IMG/VR virus record: IMGVR_UViG_3300003872_000001
Span: 43,323 to 107,322 of that record
Source of the DNA: a virus
Reading direction: 5' to 3' (one strand)
Length of the DNA: 64,000 nucleotides
Shown: positions 29,230 to 41,019 of the stretch, piece by piece
How positions within the stretch are numbered: position 1 is the stretch's first letter
How the letters are laid out: each line of letters begins with the position of its first letter
The notes under the pieces: model-generated
Told to the model about the DNA's origin: nothing
Database searches by the model: none
The model's input: only the letters and a program-made list of their open reading frames with translations
Program-made: the position numbers and the translations under genes

Positions 29230-32200
29230 ATGAATTTCAATGAATTTTATAAAAAATATGGTAATAGACGTAGTACAAGTCTTATAGAGCCTAAAACTGT
29301 AGATAACGATAGTTTTAAATTTCCTAGAAATAGTATCTTGCAATGGGTTATGGTATCTGATGTAGTGGTTCCTATGACTACAGATTATGGATATTTACAT
29401 AATGAAAAGTTGCCAGTGGTAACTACACCATTAAAGTATAGTAAAGATATTGATCTCGTAGGAACTCCTATACAAAAACCTATAGTTGTCGCTAGAATAA
29501 TGAAAGAGTTAAAATCTAATGAACCTACATTTAAATTTTTAAAACCTAATATTAAATCTATAAAAGTACCTAATACTAAATTATTCATTTTTAATTATGG
29601 AGTAGTAGGTGCAAGTTATAGATATAGTATAGATCCACTTAATGACTATTACAAATATGTTAATACGATGAAAACTATTCTATATAACAGCAGCATAGCT
29701 AATATGGGCGATGGTAGACATCAATTTATACTTATTGATTTACCATTATCTATACCAAACCGTATGGTTCTAGATAGGTTTTTAACTAAAATGACTAAAG
29801 TAGGATTAGAACATTTTAGTACTTATAAACATTTGATTATGTTAGAATTATGGAAATTCCTATCACCTGATACAGAATCACTATTTGATGTACTATCATT
29901 AGCCGATTATAAAAATATAACTTTAATGTTTAATAGTAACGGCAAAGTGTCATTCCTTAATTTAAATTTATTATTAAGTTTATCTAAGGATAGACCTGAT
30001 GTAGTTACAGGATTAAATAAGGTTCCTTCTGAAACTTTAAAGAAAATGTTTTATGTATTTATTACTAAATTATCAAATGTAGTTAATATTCCCGATGCTG
30101 CTATTAAAAAAACAAATGAGTTAATGAACAGTGTGGTAGGTAGTAATAATATGCAATTAGAAGAAAATGAAGAACATTTAGACTCTAAGAATATAGATAA
30201 AGCATTATCAGAAGAACTAGATGATATACCAGATAGTGATAGTATTGACGATATGGTTACTGATTCTGAGATAGAAAAAATATCAGAAACTGCTATGACA
30301 ACCTATGATACAAAAAAAGAACTATTAGACACTAAAGATAATCCTAAAGCAGAGCTAACTAAGAAATTAGATTTATTAAAGAAACATAAAGTTATTTCTA
30401 AAACAAAATTTGATAATTTACATACAGCACTTGCTAATCAAACTAAAATGACAATAGATTTACCAGGTAAAGGTGAAACAAAACTTACTGATCTTTTAAC
30501 TATATCTGATAAAGATTTAACGTTAACTAATAAAGAAATAGAATTACCTGCAGCTAAATCAGTATTAGATCCAACTATGAATAAAAATGTAACATCAGTT
30601 ATGATTTCTAAATATATTGAAAATAAATATTATAAAGATATGACTAGAAGTTTATTCGGATTACAAAAGGCTGGTGTAATTATTAATAGTTATAAAATAG
30701 AGTCAGGTGCGAATATATTAGGTGAATTTCAAATCCATACAATAGAAGTTGTATTATTAGATGGTAGTAAAAGTAAACTAACATTTAAATTACCTACTAT
30801 TTCTAAAGATGGTTCTTTTAAAATGAGTACTCATTCTTATTATATGCGTATGCAGAAAGTAGACAAGGTTATAGTTAAAGTAGGCTTTAACAAAGTTAAT
30901 CTTAATACATACTATGGTAAATTATCTGTGACTAAAGCTACATTTAAAAAAGATGATGCCGGATATGTCTTTAGGAATAAGTTATTAAAATTATCAGAGA
31001 TTAATAAAGAACTAACTAATATAGGACTATTAGATAATATCAAAATGGATCAAACTTTACCTATTGCTTATACTACTATTTCTCGTTATGTAAAAAAGTT
31101 TACACTAGGTAATCTCAATTATAATTTTGATTATGATAATAGAGATAAATTACTACCTAAGATTAAGTTAGACTCTATTGAAAAAAATAAAATTTTAGTA
31201 GGTGTAACTAATGACGGGAAGCCACTATTGATGGATAATGATGGTGTGGTTTATTTAAACAATAAACCTATAGGTACAATATTGCACCAATTAGGCCTTA
31301 AACAAAATGCATTACCAATAGAGTATGCTAATTTAAGGATTCTTAAAAAACAAATACCACTAGTTACTATACTCAGTTATTATATAGGCTTACAATCACT
31401 GTTCAAAATACTTAACACTAAATTTACTAAACATCAAGTTAAAGAAAAAATTACATTAGATCCTAATCAGTATGTAGTATTATTTAAAGATGTTAAGTTA
31501 ATCATTGAAAGAGACTATGGTCTAAGTGATATGATTATAGCTGGACTAGTTAGTATAAAAAATATTACAAGAAATATTAATTTTTCAGTTATGACAAATA
31601 AAGATAACTTTAGCATACTCTTCAATATGATGGAGTTAAGTATAACTTATATTAATGAGATTAAACTTTTAGAGACAATGTATATAGATCCTATGAGTGA
31701 AAATGTACTTAAAAGTATGCATGAACCAATTGTCTTTAAAGCACTATTGATAAGAGCTGCTGAATTGCTTTTAACGGATGATTATATAAATCCAAATGAT
31801 GTAACTAACATATTGGTAAAAGGTTATGAACGCATTCCTGGTATGGTTTATAATGAATTAGTACGGGCTATGAAAGAGCATGCAAATGCATCAATCTTTG
31901 GCAAAAGTAGATTACAGATTAACCCTTACTCAGTATGGGCAACTATAGGCTCTGATAGTACAACTGTATTGATAGATGATCTCAACCCAGTAGCTGAAAT
32001 AAAACAATTTGAAGATGTATCAGCATTAGGTAAATTTGGTAGAATAAAAGAAACATTCACTAAGGATACCCGTAGTATTGATGAATCAGAAATAGGACTA
32101 TTTTCAGAAGCAGTTAAAGATAGTGGTGATGTGGGTATAACTGCATATTTATCAGGTGCACCTACATTTAAAAATATATTAGGAGAAGTTAATAAATTTG

Positions 32201-32284
32201 ACTGGAAAGAAGATGGAATGACTTCTATTTTATCTACTCCGGGATTACTGACTCCATTTACAATAACTGATGATGCAAAAAGAT
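29230..32284 (+). CDS. Virion RNAP beta subunit (phiKZ gp178-like), exon 1
   Basis: YYMRMQKVD, TYYGK, GYERIPG, SEAVKDSGDVG, ending PFTITDDAKR(S). Confidence 0.88.
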
Positions 32285-32818
32285 CAACAGACATCCTATA
32301 AGAGAGTTATATTTCTTATAAGAATGTGATATGTAGATAATAAATAATATAGAATATTTTGAAATATCAGGATATTCCAATAATATAAAAAAGATTCTAA
32401 TAAATTTATTTATTATCACACATATCGTTTAGGTCCAGATTTACAGTAATGTAAATTGGTTATCTTTCTAATTGCGGGGAATCCTTAAAGTCTATAGATA
32501 CTACTTACATATGGAAACATGATGTAATACTCACTTCAGTAATGGAGATAGTGAGCATAGTAAAAACTCTATAGAATATGACAATAGGCAACCGGCGCAG
32601 CGAAGTCTCTACGTGACTCAGTCATACGAGATGTGTTCAACGACTATCCCTGTAACGGGAGTAGGGCTCAAGTGAGTGGGTATGAAATCCCTTAAATCGA
32701 AATGTTAGACACCCTATCATTATAAATGAGGGTGAAGATATAGTCTCGACATGCAGGGAAAGCCTGCAGCAGTTCATAAGAGAACGCGGTCAGTGTAACG
32801 AACTGATCGGAAGATACG
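32285..32818 (+). ncRNA. Group I intron 2 (ORF-less) in vRNAP beta
   Basis: AATTGCGGGAA, AACCGGCGCAGC, GTTCAACGACTA, AAGATATAGTC; U|...G| boundaries restore DDAKRSNFSTIMASHAIP. Confidence 0.88.
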
Positions 32819-33918
32819 CAAATTTCTCTACGATTATGGCGTCACACGCTATACCAATGAAGTCATCTAGTTCTTCTTATGTACGAACTGGTTATGAATC
32901 TGTGCTAGCATTAAGAGCTAGTAAAAAGTTTGTAATACATGCGGAGCAAGATGGAAAAATAACTGATGTTAGTCCACAGTACATTAAAGGTGTTTATAAG
33001 GACGGTACACAATTTAAATATAGTATTAAGAAATGGACTTCTAAAGAAGAGGCTGGCTCAACTTATACGCATAAAATGATACCTGCATTAGGCAAAAATA
33101 AAACATTTAAAACTGGTGATGCATTAGTATATGATCCTATCTTTTTTGAAAAAGATATATTCGATCCAGGTAAAGTTGTCTATAAGACTTCCACTAATAT
33201 GCGCATCGCGTTATTAGAAGACATTCAAACATTTGAGGACTCTTGTACTATAAGCAAAAAGATGTCTAAAAAAACAGGTATAGAAATTACAAAGGTAAAG
33301 TCATTTGTTTTAAATACTTCTGATGTAATAGCTAACCTAGTAAAAATTGGTAGTAAGATAAATGCCAATGATCCATTATTTACAATTGTAGATAAGTATG
33401 TAGCTCGCTCTGCTAAAACTTTAGATAAAGAAACATTAGAGTTACTTAAAGCATTAAAGAACAATAGTCCTAAAGCTAAATACAAAGGAATTATTGAGAA
33501 TGTTGTTATTATGTATAATGCAGAGCCGGATGAAATTTCTAAAAGTGCACAAGAACTTATAGATGCTAGTGATATTAGATTAAAAGCTAATAAAGGTTTT
33601 ATAGGGAAAGTTGATAGCACATATAGTGTTGCGGGAAGTAAATTGATGCCTGGTACTATGGAAATCAAAATATATATTATTACAAAAGAAAATAGTGGTA
33701 TTGGCGATAAGTTTATAGTTGGAGGTCAACTTAAGTGTACAGTTTCAGAGGTTGCTGATTATGAAATATATACAGCAGATACCAATACTGAAGTTGATAT
33801 GACATTTAGTATGAAGGCTATAAACGCCAGGATTGTTAATAGTGCTTTCATCACAGGTATGGCGGGTAGGGCTTTAGAAGCTCTGGAAAATAAAGTAATA
33901 CGGGAATATTTTGGTTAA
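32819..33918 (+). CDS. Virion RNAP beta subunit, exon 2
   Basis: VRTGYE, TFEDS, GDKF..GGQLKCTV, INARIV; spliced product 1384 aa. Confidence 0.88.
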
Positions 33919-33969
33919 GAACGTTTGTTCTTCGACCATATTTCTTGATATTTTAAATAAGGAATAATT

Positions 33970-34203
33970 ATGATTATAAGTTCTAATCTCCAAGAAGAAG
34001 ATAGAGTTGCAGTTAATCTAAATAGTTTAACACTACTTACAACGTTGGCAACTAAAGTTATTGATAGAGTTGTAAATGACCATAGTGATATTTTATATGC
34101 TCCAAAAAACACAATAGGTATAGAGAACTTTTACTCATCAGTAGATGTAATCATATCTGATAAAATTAAAAATGCATTATTAGGAGATGACAATGTTAAA
34201 TAA
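33970..34203 (+). CDS. Small hypothetical protein
   Basis: 77 aa with AAGGA RBS. Confidence 0.5.
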   Translation: MIISSNLQEEDRVAVNLNSLTLLTTLATKVIDRVVNDHSDILYAPKNTIGIENFYSSVDVIISDKIKNALLGDDNVK

Positions 34204-35491
34204 AACTGTTAAATTGCTAGCCGATGAATTAGCATTAAAAGATAAAGTAATTCAACCAGTTAATAATACAGCATTAGCGTTAATTAATGGTGCATCTATA
34301 GAAAGTCAAAATATAGTAGCTAATAAAATAGCTAATAAAATAGGCAATGAAGTTAATCTTTATAGAAATGGATTCGTTCCAGTTCTTAAAAATTATATTA
34401 ATATTATTGAAAAAACTATTGAAAACCGTACACCTAATAACCCAGTTGAGCAATATCAAATTGATGTTATTAAAATACCTGATATAATAAAACTACTTAT
34501 TAAAAAAGGTACTATTAAAAAACAGGCTTCAGTTTATGACCTACCGATAGCTTCTTTAATTATTCCTGCTCCTACAGAAAATATTAAGAGTTATTTTAAA
34601 GTAACTTCCATTGAAGAGCAACTAGCAGTTGATGCTGCATTGGATCGTTATACTAATGAACAATTGACAGCTCTATGGGAAAAATATCTTTCGAATGTAT
34701 CTGGTAGTAATATTAATATTAGTTCTATATCGTATAATGGTTTAGATAATTTCGATGAAATATCTTTACTATTAATATTAGTAGGAAATTTAAAAAATAA
34801 TATACCTGACGGAGTATCTATAAAAGAGAATGCTTATGGCACTATCATGCGTGAATTCTATAATAAACTAGTAGAAGATATATCTGTTATAGTCAGAACT
34901 TATAACGACTATGTTGCTATGAAAAGACTAGTTATTAAAATAGATAATTTTACTATTAAAGTTGTAGAAGATATTTATAATATCTTTTTAAAAGATAATA
35001 GTGCTGAAATTCTACTAGGTATGATTATTACCAAAATAGATGGTTTTGCTAAATATATGTTAGATGATATTGTTGCAAATAGTGATACATATATGAGTAA
35101 TTGGGAAAAATTCCTTAGACTAAATACTATTGCTATGAAACTAGAGTCTAACAATATTTACAAATTAGCTTATACATTTGGTATAGATGAATTATTAAAA
35201 GAAATACCAGAAAGTCTAAACAAATATGTAGTATACGTTGAATCAGACATAGTTACTATTACTGAGAAGTATGTTAGTAAATTAAGCACTGAGAATATAT
35301 TAAATATTCCGGATGTAGCACTATACATTATTGGTAAACTCGTTTTCCCTAATACTAATGCGTATATTTTCTTTCAAGCTATGAATAAGTATAAAGAACT
35401 CGACACTAAGATTACTTCAATGGAAGCAGCTTCATTAGCAACACTAGATATGATAGTAGATTACTTATTACAGCAAGTTAAAGTAGTATAA
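34187..35491 (+). CDS. Conserved protein, phiKZ gp177-like
   Basis: Synteny between the gp178-like and gp175-like genes; AGGAG RBS. Confidence 0.5.
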   Translation: MTMLNKTVKLLADELALKDKVIQPVNNTALALINGASIESQNIVANKIANKIGNEVNLYRNGFVPVLKNYINIIEKTIENRTPNNPVEQYQIDVIKIPDIIKLLIKKGTIKKQASVYDLPIASLIIPAPTENIKSYFKVTSIEEQLAVDAALDRYTNEQLTALWEKYLSNVSGSNINISSISYNGLDNFDEISLLLILVGNLKNNIPDGVSIKENAYGTIMREFYNKLVEDISVIVRTYNDYVAMKRLVIKIDNFTIKVVEDIYNIFLKDNSAEILLGMIITKIDGFAKYMLDDIVANSDTYMSNWEKFLRLNTIAMKLESNNIYKLAYTFGIDELLKEIPESLNKYVVYVESDIVTITEKYVSKLSTENILNIPDVALYIIGKLVFPNTNAYIFFQAMNKYKELDTKITSMEAASLATLDMIVDYLLQQVKVV

Positions 35492-35500
35492 AGGTATAGT

Positions 35501-36211
35501 ATGGAAAGTTTAGAAGTTAATAAATTAGTTAGAAATGCAGATAAAAGTAAGTCTGCTTTTAAAATAGTTGGCGATGTAACCATGGCTACTGAAGATCTTT
35601 CTATTATCTTTCCAGAGAACTTTATCAATGCTGGCTTAGCTAATATGTCTGATGGAGTTTCAGTTATAGGTATCGTTGCCGTGATTATAGGTAATACCTA
35701 TAGTGTGTTGAATATACCTACTAATATTAGGTTAACTCCCTCCACAATAGATAGTGTAGATGTGGGTGGTATTACACAGGTTTTATGTAAATTTAATAAG
35801 GGTGATATTGTCTTAAAAACTAACGGGGTAACTAAGACCACAAAGTATCTTTATAAAATATTAAGTTTCTTTTATATTAAAGGTAAAATACCATGGTATA
35901 TAAGTTATGAAGATGCCAGCAACTTTATATTGGAATCTGTAAAATATACAGGTAGTCATATAGGTGATAACTTCACAGCTACAGAAATCATCACGTCAAT
36001 TGTTTCATATGATCCTAAAAATAGTGATACTGCATATAGACTTAGTGATTTTGAATGGTTCCCAGTATATAAGGGAATGAATAATCAATTTCATGCATTT
36101 GATAATACTACTTCAAAATTAGTTGGTGCGTATTTTTCAGATGGTGTTATAACGAGTATAGTTGATAAAAGTGAAGAAGTTAGCAATATAGAAGAAATAA
36201 TAAGGAAATGA
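35501..36211 (+). CDS. Conserved protein, phiKZ gp176-like
   Basis: GKIPWYISYED, NTTSKLVGAYFSDG, synteny. Confidence 0.6.
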   Translation: MESLEVNKLVRNADKSKSAFKIVGDVTMATEDLSIIFPENFINAGLANMSDGVSVIGIVAVIIGNTYSVLNIPTNIRLTPSTIDSVDVGGITQVLCKFNKGDIVLKTNGVTKTTKYLYKILSFFYIKGKIPWYISYEDASNFILESVKYTGSHIGDNFTATEIITSIVSYDPKNSDTAYRLSDFEWFPVYKGMNNQFHAFDNTTSKLVGAYFSDGVITSIVDKSEEVSNIEEIIRK

Positions 36212-36212
36212 T

Positions 36213-36977
36213 ATGAGTGAAGTTGTTTTTACTACTGTAAAATCTAATGGTGATAATAGGAAATTAGAGAAAGATGATAACGGATATTATAAGGTTACCT
36301 TAGGTGCTTTAAATGTTTTCAATTCCGCTAATCAATATTATGAATTATCCGATAGTGTTAAAAAATTATTTACAGAAGATTCTTCTATATTAATGCGTCG
36401 AATAAAAAGTGGTTCTCTGAAGTCTGAAGTAGGTCATCCTAAGTTAGTACCTGGTATGACTAAGAATGAATATTATGCTAGAAACTTGAGAATAGAAGAG
36501 ACTAACATATGTGCTCATATTAGAGATATTATGTTAGAAGAAACTAATATTGATTCAGGTTATGGTAATGGCGACAAAGTAGTTTTAATTACTGGTTGGA
36601 TAGCACCTAGCGGAGTTCACGGAGAAGCATTAAAAAAAGATCTAGATAATCCAGATGTCAATGTGGCATTCTCTATTAGGTCATTTACTAACAACAGAAT
36701 GGTTGCTGGTACACTTGTGAAAAGAATAGGTCAAGTTGTTACTTGGGATTGGGTTAATGAACCTGGTATTAATTATGCTACTAAATGGAAAACCCTTGGT
36801 ATCGAGTCAAATGATAAATTCACTATGAGTATTGTAGAACTTAAAGGCGGAGATGAAGATATAAATGAATGTCTAAATTGCTCTTTAGAGTCTAATGACG
36901 AAAAAGAACTTACAAGAGAATTGATTCATACTCTAGAAGATGACGATAATAAAAAACACATTATATTAGATTGGTAA
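36213..36977 (+). CDS. Prohead protease, phiKZ gp175-like
   Basis: SEVGHP (His), VAFSIRS (Ser), TWDWVNEPGI motifs. Confidence 0.85.
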   Translation: MSEVVFTTVKSNGDNRKLEKDDNGYYKVTLGALNVFNSANQYYELSDSVKKLFTEDSSILMRRIKSGSLKSEVGHPKLVPGMTKNEYYARNLRIEETNICAHIRDIMLEETNIDSGYGNGDKVVLITGWIAPSGVHGEALKKDLDNPDVNVAFSIRSFTNNRMVAGTLVKRIGQVVTWDWVNEPGINYATKWKTLGIESNDKFTMSIVELKGGDEDINECLNCSLESNDEKELTRELIHTLEDDDNKKHIILDW

Positions 36978-36980
36978 TAG

Positions 36981-37006
36981 CACTAGTAGCTAAATAGCTA
37001 CTAGTG
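36981..37006 (+). terminator. Intrinsic terminator
   Basis: cactagtagc-taaata-gctactagtg followed by a T-run. Confidence 0.75.
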
Positions 37007-37045
37007 TATATTTTTTGAATAATGCACCATTAAGGAGGTACTAAG

Positions 37046-39217
37046 ATGATCGGGAGAACTAATAATGTAAATCCAAAATTAAAACTTAAATCAGGTATTT
37101 TAAAAAATCAGAATGATCAAACTAACGAGAAAATTGATAGTCTTAATATAATAGATAGTAAATGGGTAAATACTATGTTTATGATTCCTAATTCAGACTT
37201 ACCAACTAAGACAGACATGCAATATAGGTATTGGTCTACAGCTGATGATAAGTTTACTGATACTTCACTAGGTGGCTCCATAGCTATCAATGCTAGGCCA
37301 CAGTTTACTCCTTATGCAGACATTCCATCTAAAGGAAGGATATCTTCTCGTCATGATGTTACTATCAATGGTAGAACCGGCGATTACGGTATGGGTAGAT
37401 ATTATAGTGAAGCCATTGACGATAATAGTGAATTGGTATACCTCACATTCGGCATACCTAGATTTAACTCAATATTCGATTTCTTTAGTAAAAGTGTTGA
37501 CTATGTTGATAGTGTTGTTGCTAATACAGGTAGAAGCCCAATAGGGTACCGTGCTGGTCAACTTATGGGTGATGTAGCTATGTTAGTTGCATTCCCAGTT
37601 ATAACTCTTTCAATATGGTTTACTAAGACTGTAATAGGATTCCTAACTGGACATGGTGCATTTGATTATTATTATATAGAAGAAACTATGCATACGTATT
37701 GGGGTACAGTTAATACCATAGTTACTCAAATGGCTACAGAATTAGGTATACTTATTCCTGAACTTATACAAAGTGAAAGTTCTCAATCCGATAAGATCGG
37801 TACTAACTATAAATTTAATCAAACTGCACTTAACAACTTAAAAGCATTAATGCCAGGAATTATCGGACCTAATAACTATATAGATGTATTTGCTATAGCT
37901 ACTAGAGCACAAACTATGGCTGATCAACAAATGTTACGTGATCGTGCGTTATTCGAAAGTAAACAACCACATGTAGATGGGTTATTTGGATATCTTAAAC
38001 GAAAATTTAGTTCAGATGGAAGTGGCGATCCGGGATCAACCACACTGGATGCTATAAACTCAGCTATATCATTTGAAACTTTTATTAAAAAATTTACTAC
38101 TGATCCTTCTTATCCTTTTGCTAAAGAAGTTAAAGGTTCAGTTGATATGAATACTAACACACCTAAGCCAGGCAGTAAAAACACTATACCAACCAATAAG
38201 AAAAATGCACGTTTCGTACAGGGACCACAAGGACGTTATAAAAATACTGGTAATGATCCAAGTGCTCTACTTAAATTTACTAAAGCATTAGACAGTGCAG
38301 TAAGAGGTGGCGGGGAATTTGCAATATTCAAAGTCGACTATAGTGGTAGTGTGAGTGAATCTTTTTCTAATAGTACGAGTGAAATTGGAACATCTGAAAA
38401 ATTAAAATCTTTAGCTAAAAAAAGTAGAGATGTGCGTTTTGACTTATCAGGCGGAAACATTTTAGGTGATACTGTAGGTAAGATATTCGGATATGCAAAA
38501 GACACTATCATGGGTGCATTAGATAGTGTGACTTTTGGAGCATCTAATGTAGTACAAACTTTACTAGGCGGAGGATATATAAACATTCCTAAAAAATGGG
38601 ATGACTCATCATATAGTGCACCTTCGACTAATTATAAGATACAACTTGTATCACCTTATGCTAACCAAATAAGTCAATTACAAAATATTTACATACCATT
38701 AGCATTATTATTAGCAGGAGCCTTACCACAAGCTACAGGTAGAGCAAGTTATACTTCTCCTTATTTATGTAAACTATTTAATAAAGGTAAGCAAACCATT
38801 GATTTAGGAATGATCACTAGTGTTACTATTTCTAGGGGCACATCTAATCTTGCATTTAATAAATTTAAACAAGCATTAGCTATTGATGTTAGTTTTACTG
38901 TTACTGATTTTAGTAATTTATTAACATCTCCTGTCCCGGTATCTATCTTCCAAACATTCTCTCCGGAGTTACAGGATGATACACCGTTCAGTAAGTTTAT
39001 AGCAACAATATGTAGTAGAGACTTACTAACATCAAAATATGCTGTTCCTAAAGCTAAAATAAATCTATCTAGAAAGATTATGAATATGGAACAAACATTT
39101 AGTCCTAATAGTTGGGGACTATTAGCTGGTGAATCACTAAGGGGATTGTTGGGCGGAGCGGCTGCAGATTCAAGTCTAGCTAGCGGTACTCAATCTAACC
39201 AATATCCTTCACTATGA
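37046..39217 (+). CDS. Baseplate/tube-initiator-like structural protein, phiKZ gp182-like
   Basis: FTDTSLGGSIAIN..PQFT, GMGRYYSE, IPKKWDDSS, YIPLALLLAGALP, GMITSVTISRG. Confidence 0.6.
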   Translation: MIGRTNNVNPKLKLKSGILKNQNDQTNEKIDSLNIIDSKWVNTMFMIPNSDLPTKTDMQYRYWSTADDKFTDTSLGGSIAINARPQFTPYADIPSKGRISSRHDVTINGRTGDYGMGRYYSEAIDDNSELVYLTFGIPRFNSIFDFFSKSVDYVDSVVANTGRSPIGYRAGQLMGDVAMLVAFPVITLSIWFTKTVIGFLTGHGAFDYYYIEETMHTYWGTVNTIVTQMATELGILIPELIQSESSQSDKIGTNYKFNQTALNNLKALMPGIIGPNNYIDVFAIATRAQTMADQQMLRDRALFESKQPHVDGLFGYLKRKFSSDGSGDPGSTTLDAINSAISFETFIKKFTTDPSYPFAKEVKGSVDMNTNTPKPGSKNTIPTNKKNARFVQGPQGRYKNTGNDPSALLKFTKALDSAVRGGGEFAIFKVDYSGSVSESFSNSTSEIGTSEKLKSLAKKSRDVRFDLSGGNILGDTVGKIFGYAKDTIMGALDSVTFGASNVVQTLLGGGYINIPKKWDDSSYSAPSTNYKIQLVSPYANQISQLQNIYIPLALLLAGALPQATGRASYTSPYLCKLFNKGKQTIDLGMITSVTISRGTSNLAFNKFKQALAIDVSFTVTDFSNLLTSPVPVSIFQTFSPELQDDTPFSKFIATICSRDLLTSKYAVPKAKINLSRKIMNMEQTFSPNSWGLLAGESLRGLLGGAAADSSLASGTQSNQYPSL

Positions 39218-39279
39218 GTAATTCATCACATTAGAATAGATCGTGCCTTCTAGGTACCTTAAAATGAATATAAAGACTA

Positions 39280-39313
39280 TATAACACTAGTAGCCATAGC
39301 TACTAGTGTTATA
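39280..39313. terminator. Bidirectional terminator
   Basis: tataacactagtagc-cata-gctactagtgttata. Confidence 0.8.
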
Positions 39314-39314
39314 C

Positions 39315-40406
39315 TTATATTTTATGTAGAATACTCATAATAAGACTACTTCTGCTATTAGTAGTAACATTGTTAGTTGGTGCTGTGGGCATAGAAAAAT
39401 CATTTTCTGTTTTATGCACTGCAATTGATCCCATAAATAAATTATTTTTTACACGATAATAATTAGTGTTGCCTTGACTATCTGTTTTCCAAGAAGGATC
39501 ATAACTATCTAACCCACTAGTAATATTCTCATATGTGTAATTACTACTAGTAGCATCTTTTTTTGTTCCAGATAAATTAGACATTACATTATCTATATTA
39601 CCTTTAGTATTAACACGTGCTACACTACGTTCATTTTCAGGCATAGAGTCAGTAATAGCTTTATTAAGCATTATCTTATCATATACTTTACTACTACCTA
39701 TTTTCCCAACGGAACCACTTATGGCACTCATCATACCAGATTTGTCTATTACGCCTTTAGCAAATTTTTCTATACTACTACAATCTAGCCAGTTTAATAA
39801 ACTTTTATTAGTTAAAAAATCTAATAGACCACTTATATCTAATCCGCCCATATGAAAACAACTTGTTAATGTTGACATAAGATTATTTTTACTCATAATG
39901 GTACTACCAACATGGCTATTCAAATCAGACATAACATTACCTTTAATAATAGGTGTTAAAGCTGATATGTCTAATCCTGGATGACTTGTTTTAGCTATTG
40001 TTAATTTAGCATGAATCATTTTATCTAGTTTACTATTTTGAAGTGAAGATAATGTTACACTATGTGTGTTTTCTTTACTAGCACTGGTATTCGATAGTAC
40101 ACTATCAATTCCTACAGTAGGTGTTAGAGAAGAATCTCTACTTACATTAGTTTTACTAGATAATTCTTTTTTATTAGCTGGTGTAGTTACAGAACCATTA
40201 TATAGTGCATTAGTCGGGCTAGACACTATACCGTGTTTGGGATGCTCATTATTAACCATAGCTTTATTAGCTGCAGTTTTACTAGGACTTAACTCTTGAC
40301 TACCCACACTTGCTTTATTAGTTATACTGTCTTTTTTATTCTCAAAACTTACCTGATTAAGTTTCGTTATTGTTTCAACATTTAGTCTTTTTGTAATAAT
40401 AGCCAT
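39315..40406 (-). CDS. Hypothetical Ser/Thr-rich protein, possibly structural
   Basis: 363 aa with AGGAG RBS. Confidence 0.55.
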   Translation of the reverse strand: MAIITKRLNVETITKLNQVSFENKKDSITNKASVGSQELSPSKTAANKAMVNNEHPKHGIVSSPTNALYNGSVTTPANKKELSSKTNVSRDSSLTPTVGIDSVLSNTSASKENTHSVTLSSLQNSKLDKMIHAKLTIAKTSHPGLDISALTPIIKGNVMSDLNSHVGSTIMSKNNLMSTLTSCFHMGGLDISGLLDFLTNKSLLNWLDCSSIEKFAKGVIDKSGMMSAISGSVGKIGSSKVYDKIMLNKAITDSMPENERSVARVNTKGNIDNVMSNLSGTKKDATSSNYTYENITSGLDSYDPSWKTDSQGNTNYYRVKNNLFMGSIAVHKTENDFSMPTAPTNNVTTNSRSSLIMSILHKI

Positions 40407-40464
40407 TATATAACTCCTTATCTTTTTTCATGAAAATAAGAAATAATGAACTAACAGTAAATAG

Positions 40465-40498
40465 TTGATTCTAGAAAAAATTAAGTACATAATATTAA
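40465..40498 (+). promoter_or_regulatory. Conserved phage promoter, copy 2
   Basis: TTGATT-ctagaaaaaattaagta-CATAAT-attaa. Confidence 0.7.
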
Positions 40499-40548
40499 TA
40501 TGAAGAGTATGTAATGTACTTGGAATATTTCAAGTTAAGGAGACAGAT

Positions 40549-40977
40549 ATGTCTATTGAATTCGATAAGGATAAGTTTGATGTCACAATATCAAATGGTG
40601 TGGCTAATATCACATATACAGATAAAGAGGCGTTCTTTAAGAACACTAAAATTCCTAAAAAGGTTCTTAAGGAAGTATTCGATTATGAGAATGAATACAT
40701 CCTGGCTGCAAACATAGAGGGTGCAAAGCAAGCCAAGAACTTGATGGGAGAAAACAAAAACCTAGATGAAGTAGTGACGGAACTTCCATTTTCACCATCG
40801 GCACGTGGTAAGGTTACGGTAGTAGGTAAACGATCACAAAAATTCCGAAGTCCAAAAGATGGTAGTGAGATTGTAAAATCCACACTAAGGACAATCGTTA
40901 AAAATCCATTCTTAAAAGTAAGTGACTCTAAGATAAAAGAACTCACCAAGGATATGACTGAGACACTTCTATCATAG
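40549..40977 (+). CDS. Hypothetical protein, probably early
   Basis: 142 aa with AAGGAG RBS, downstream of a conserved promoter. Confidence 0.65.
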   Translation: MSIEFDKDKFDVTISNGVANITYTDKEAFFKNTKIPKKVLKEVFDYENEYILAANIEGAKQAKNLMGENKNLDEVVTELPFSPSARGKVTVVGKRSQKFRSPKDGSEIVKSTLRTIVKNPFLKVSDSKIKELTKDMTETLLS

Positions 40978-41019
40978 TCCGTAAATTCTACCCAGCTATA
41001 GTTTACATATAGTATGGTT

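Noticed and set aside
32836-33918. Independent 360-aa RNAP subunit (natural split)
   Set aside because: It has no RBS, is preceded by a full group I intron, and joins exon 1 in frame.
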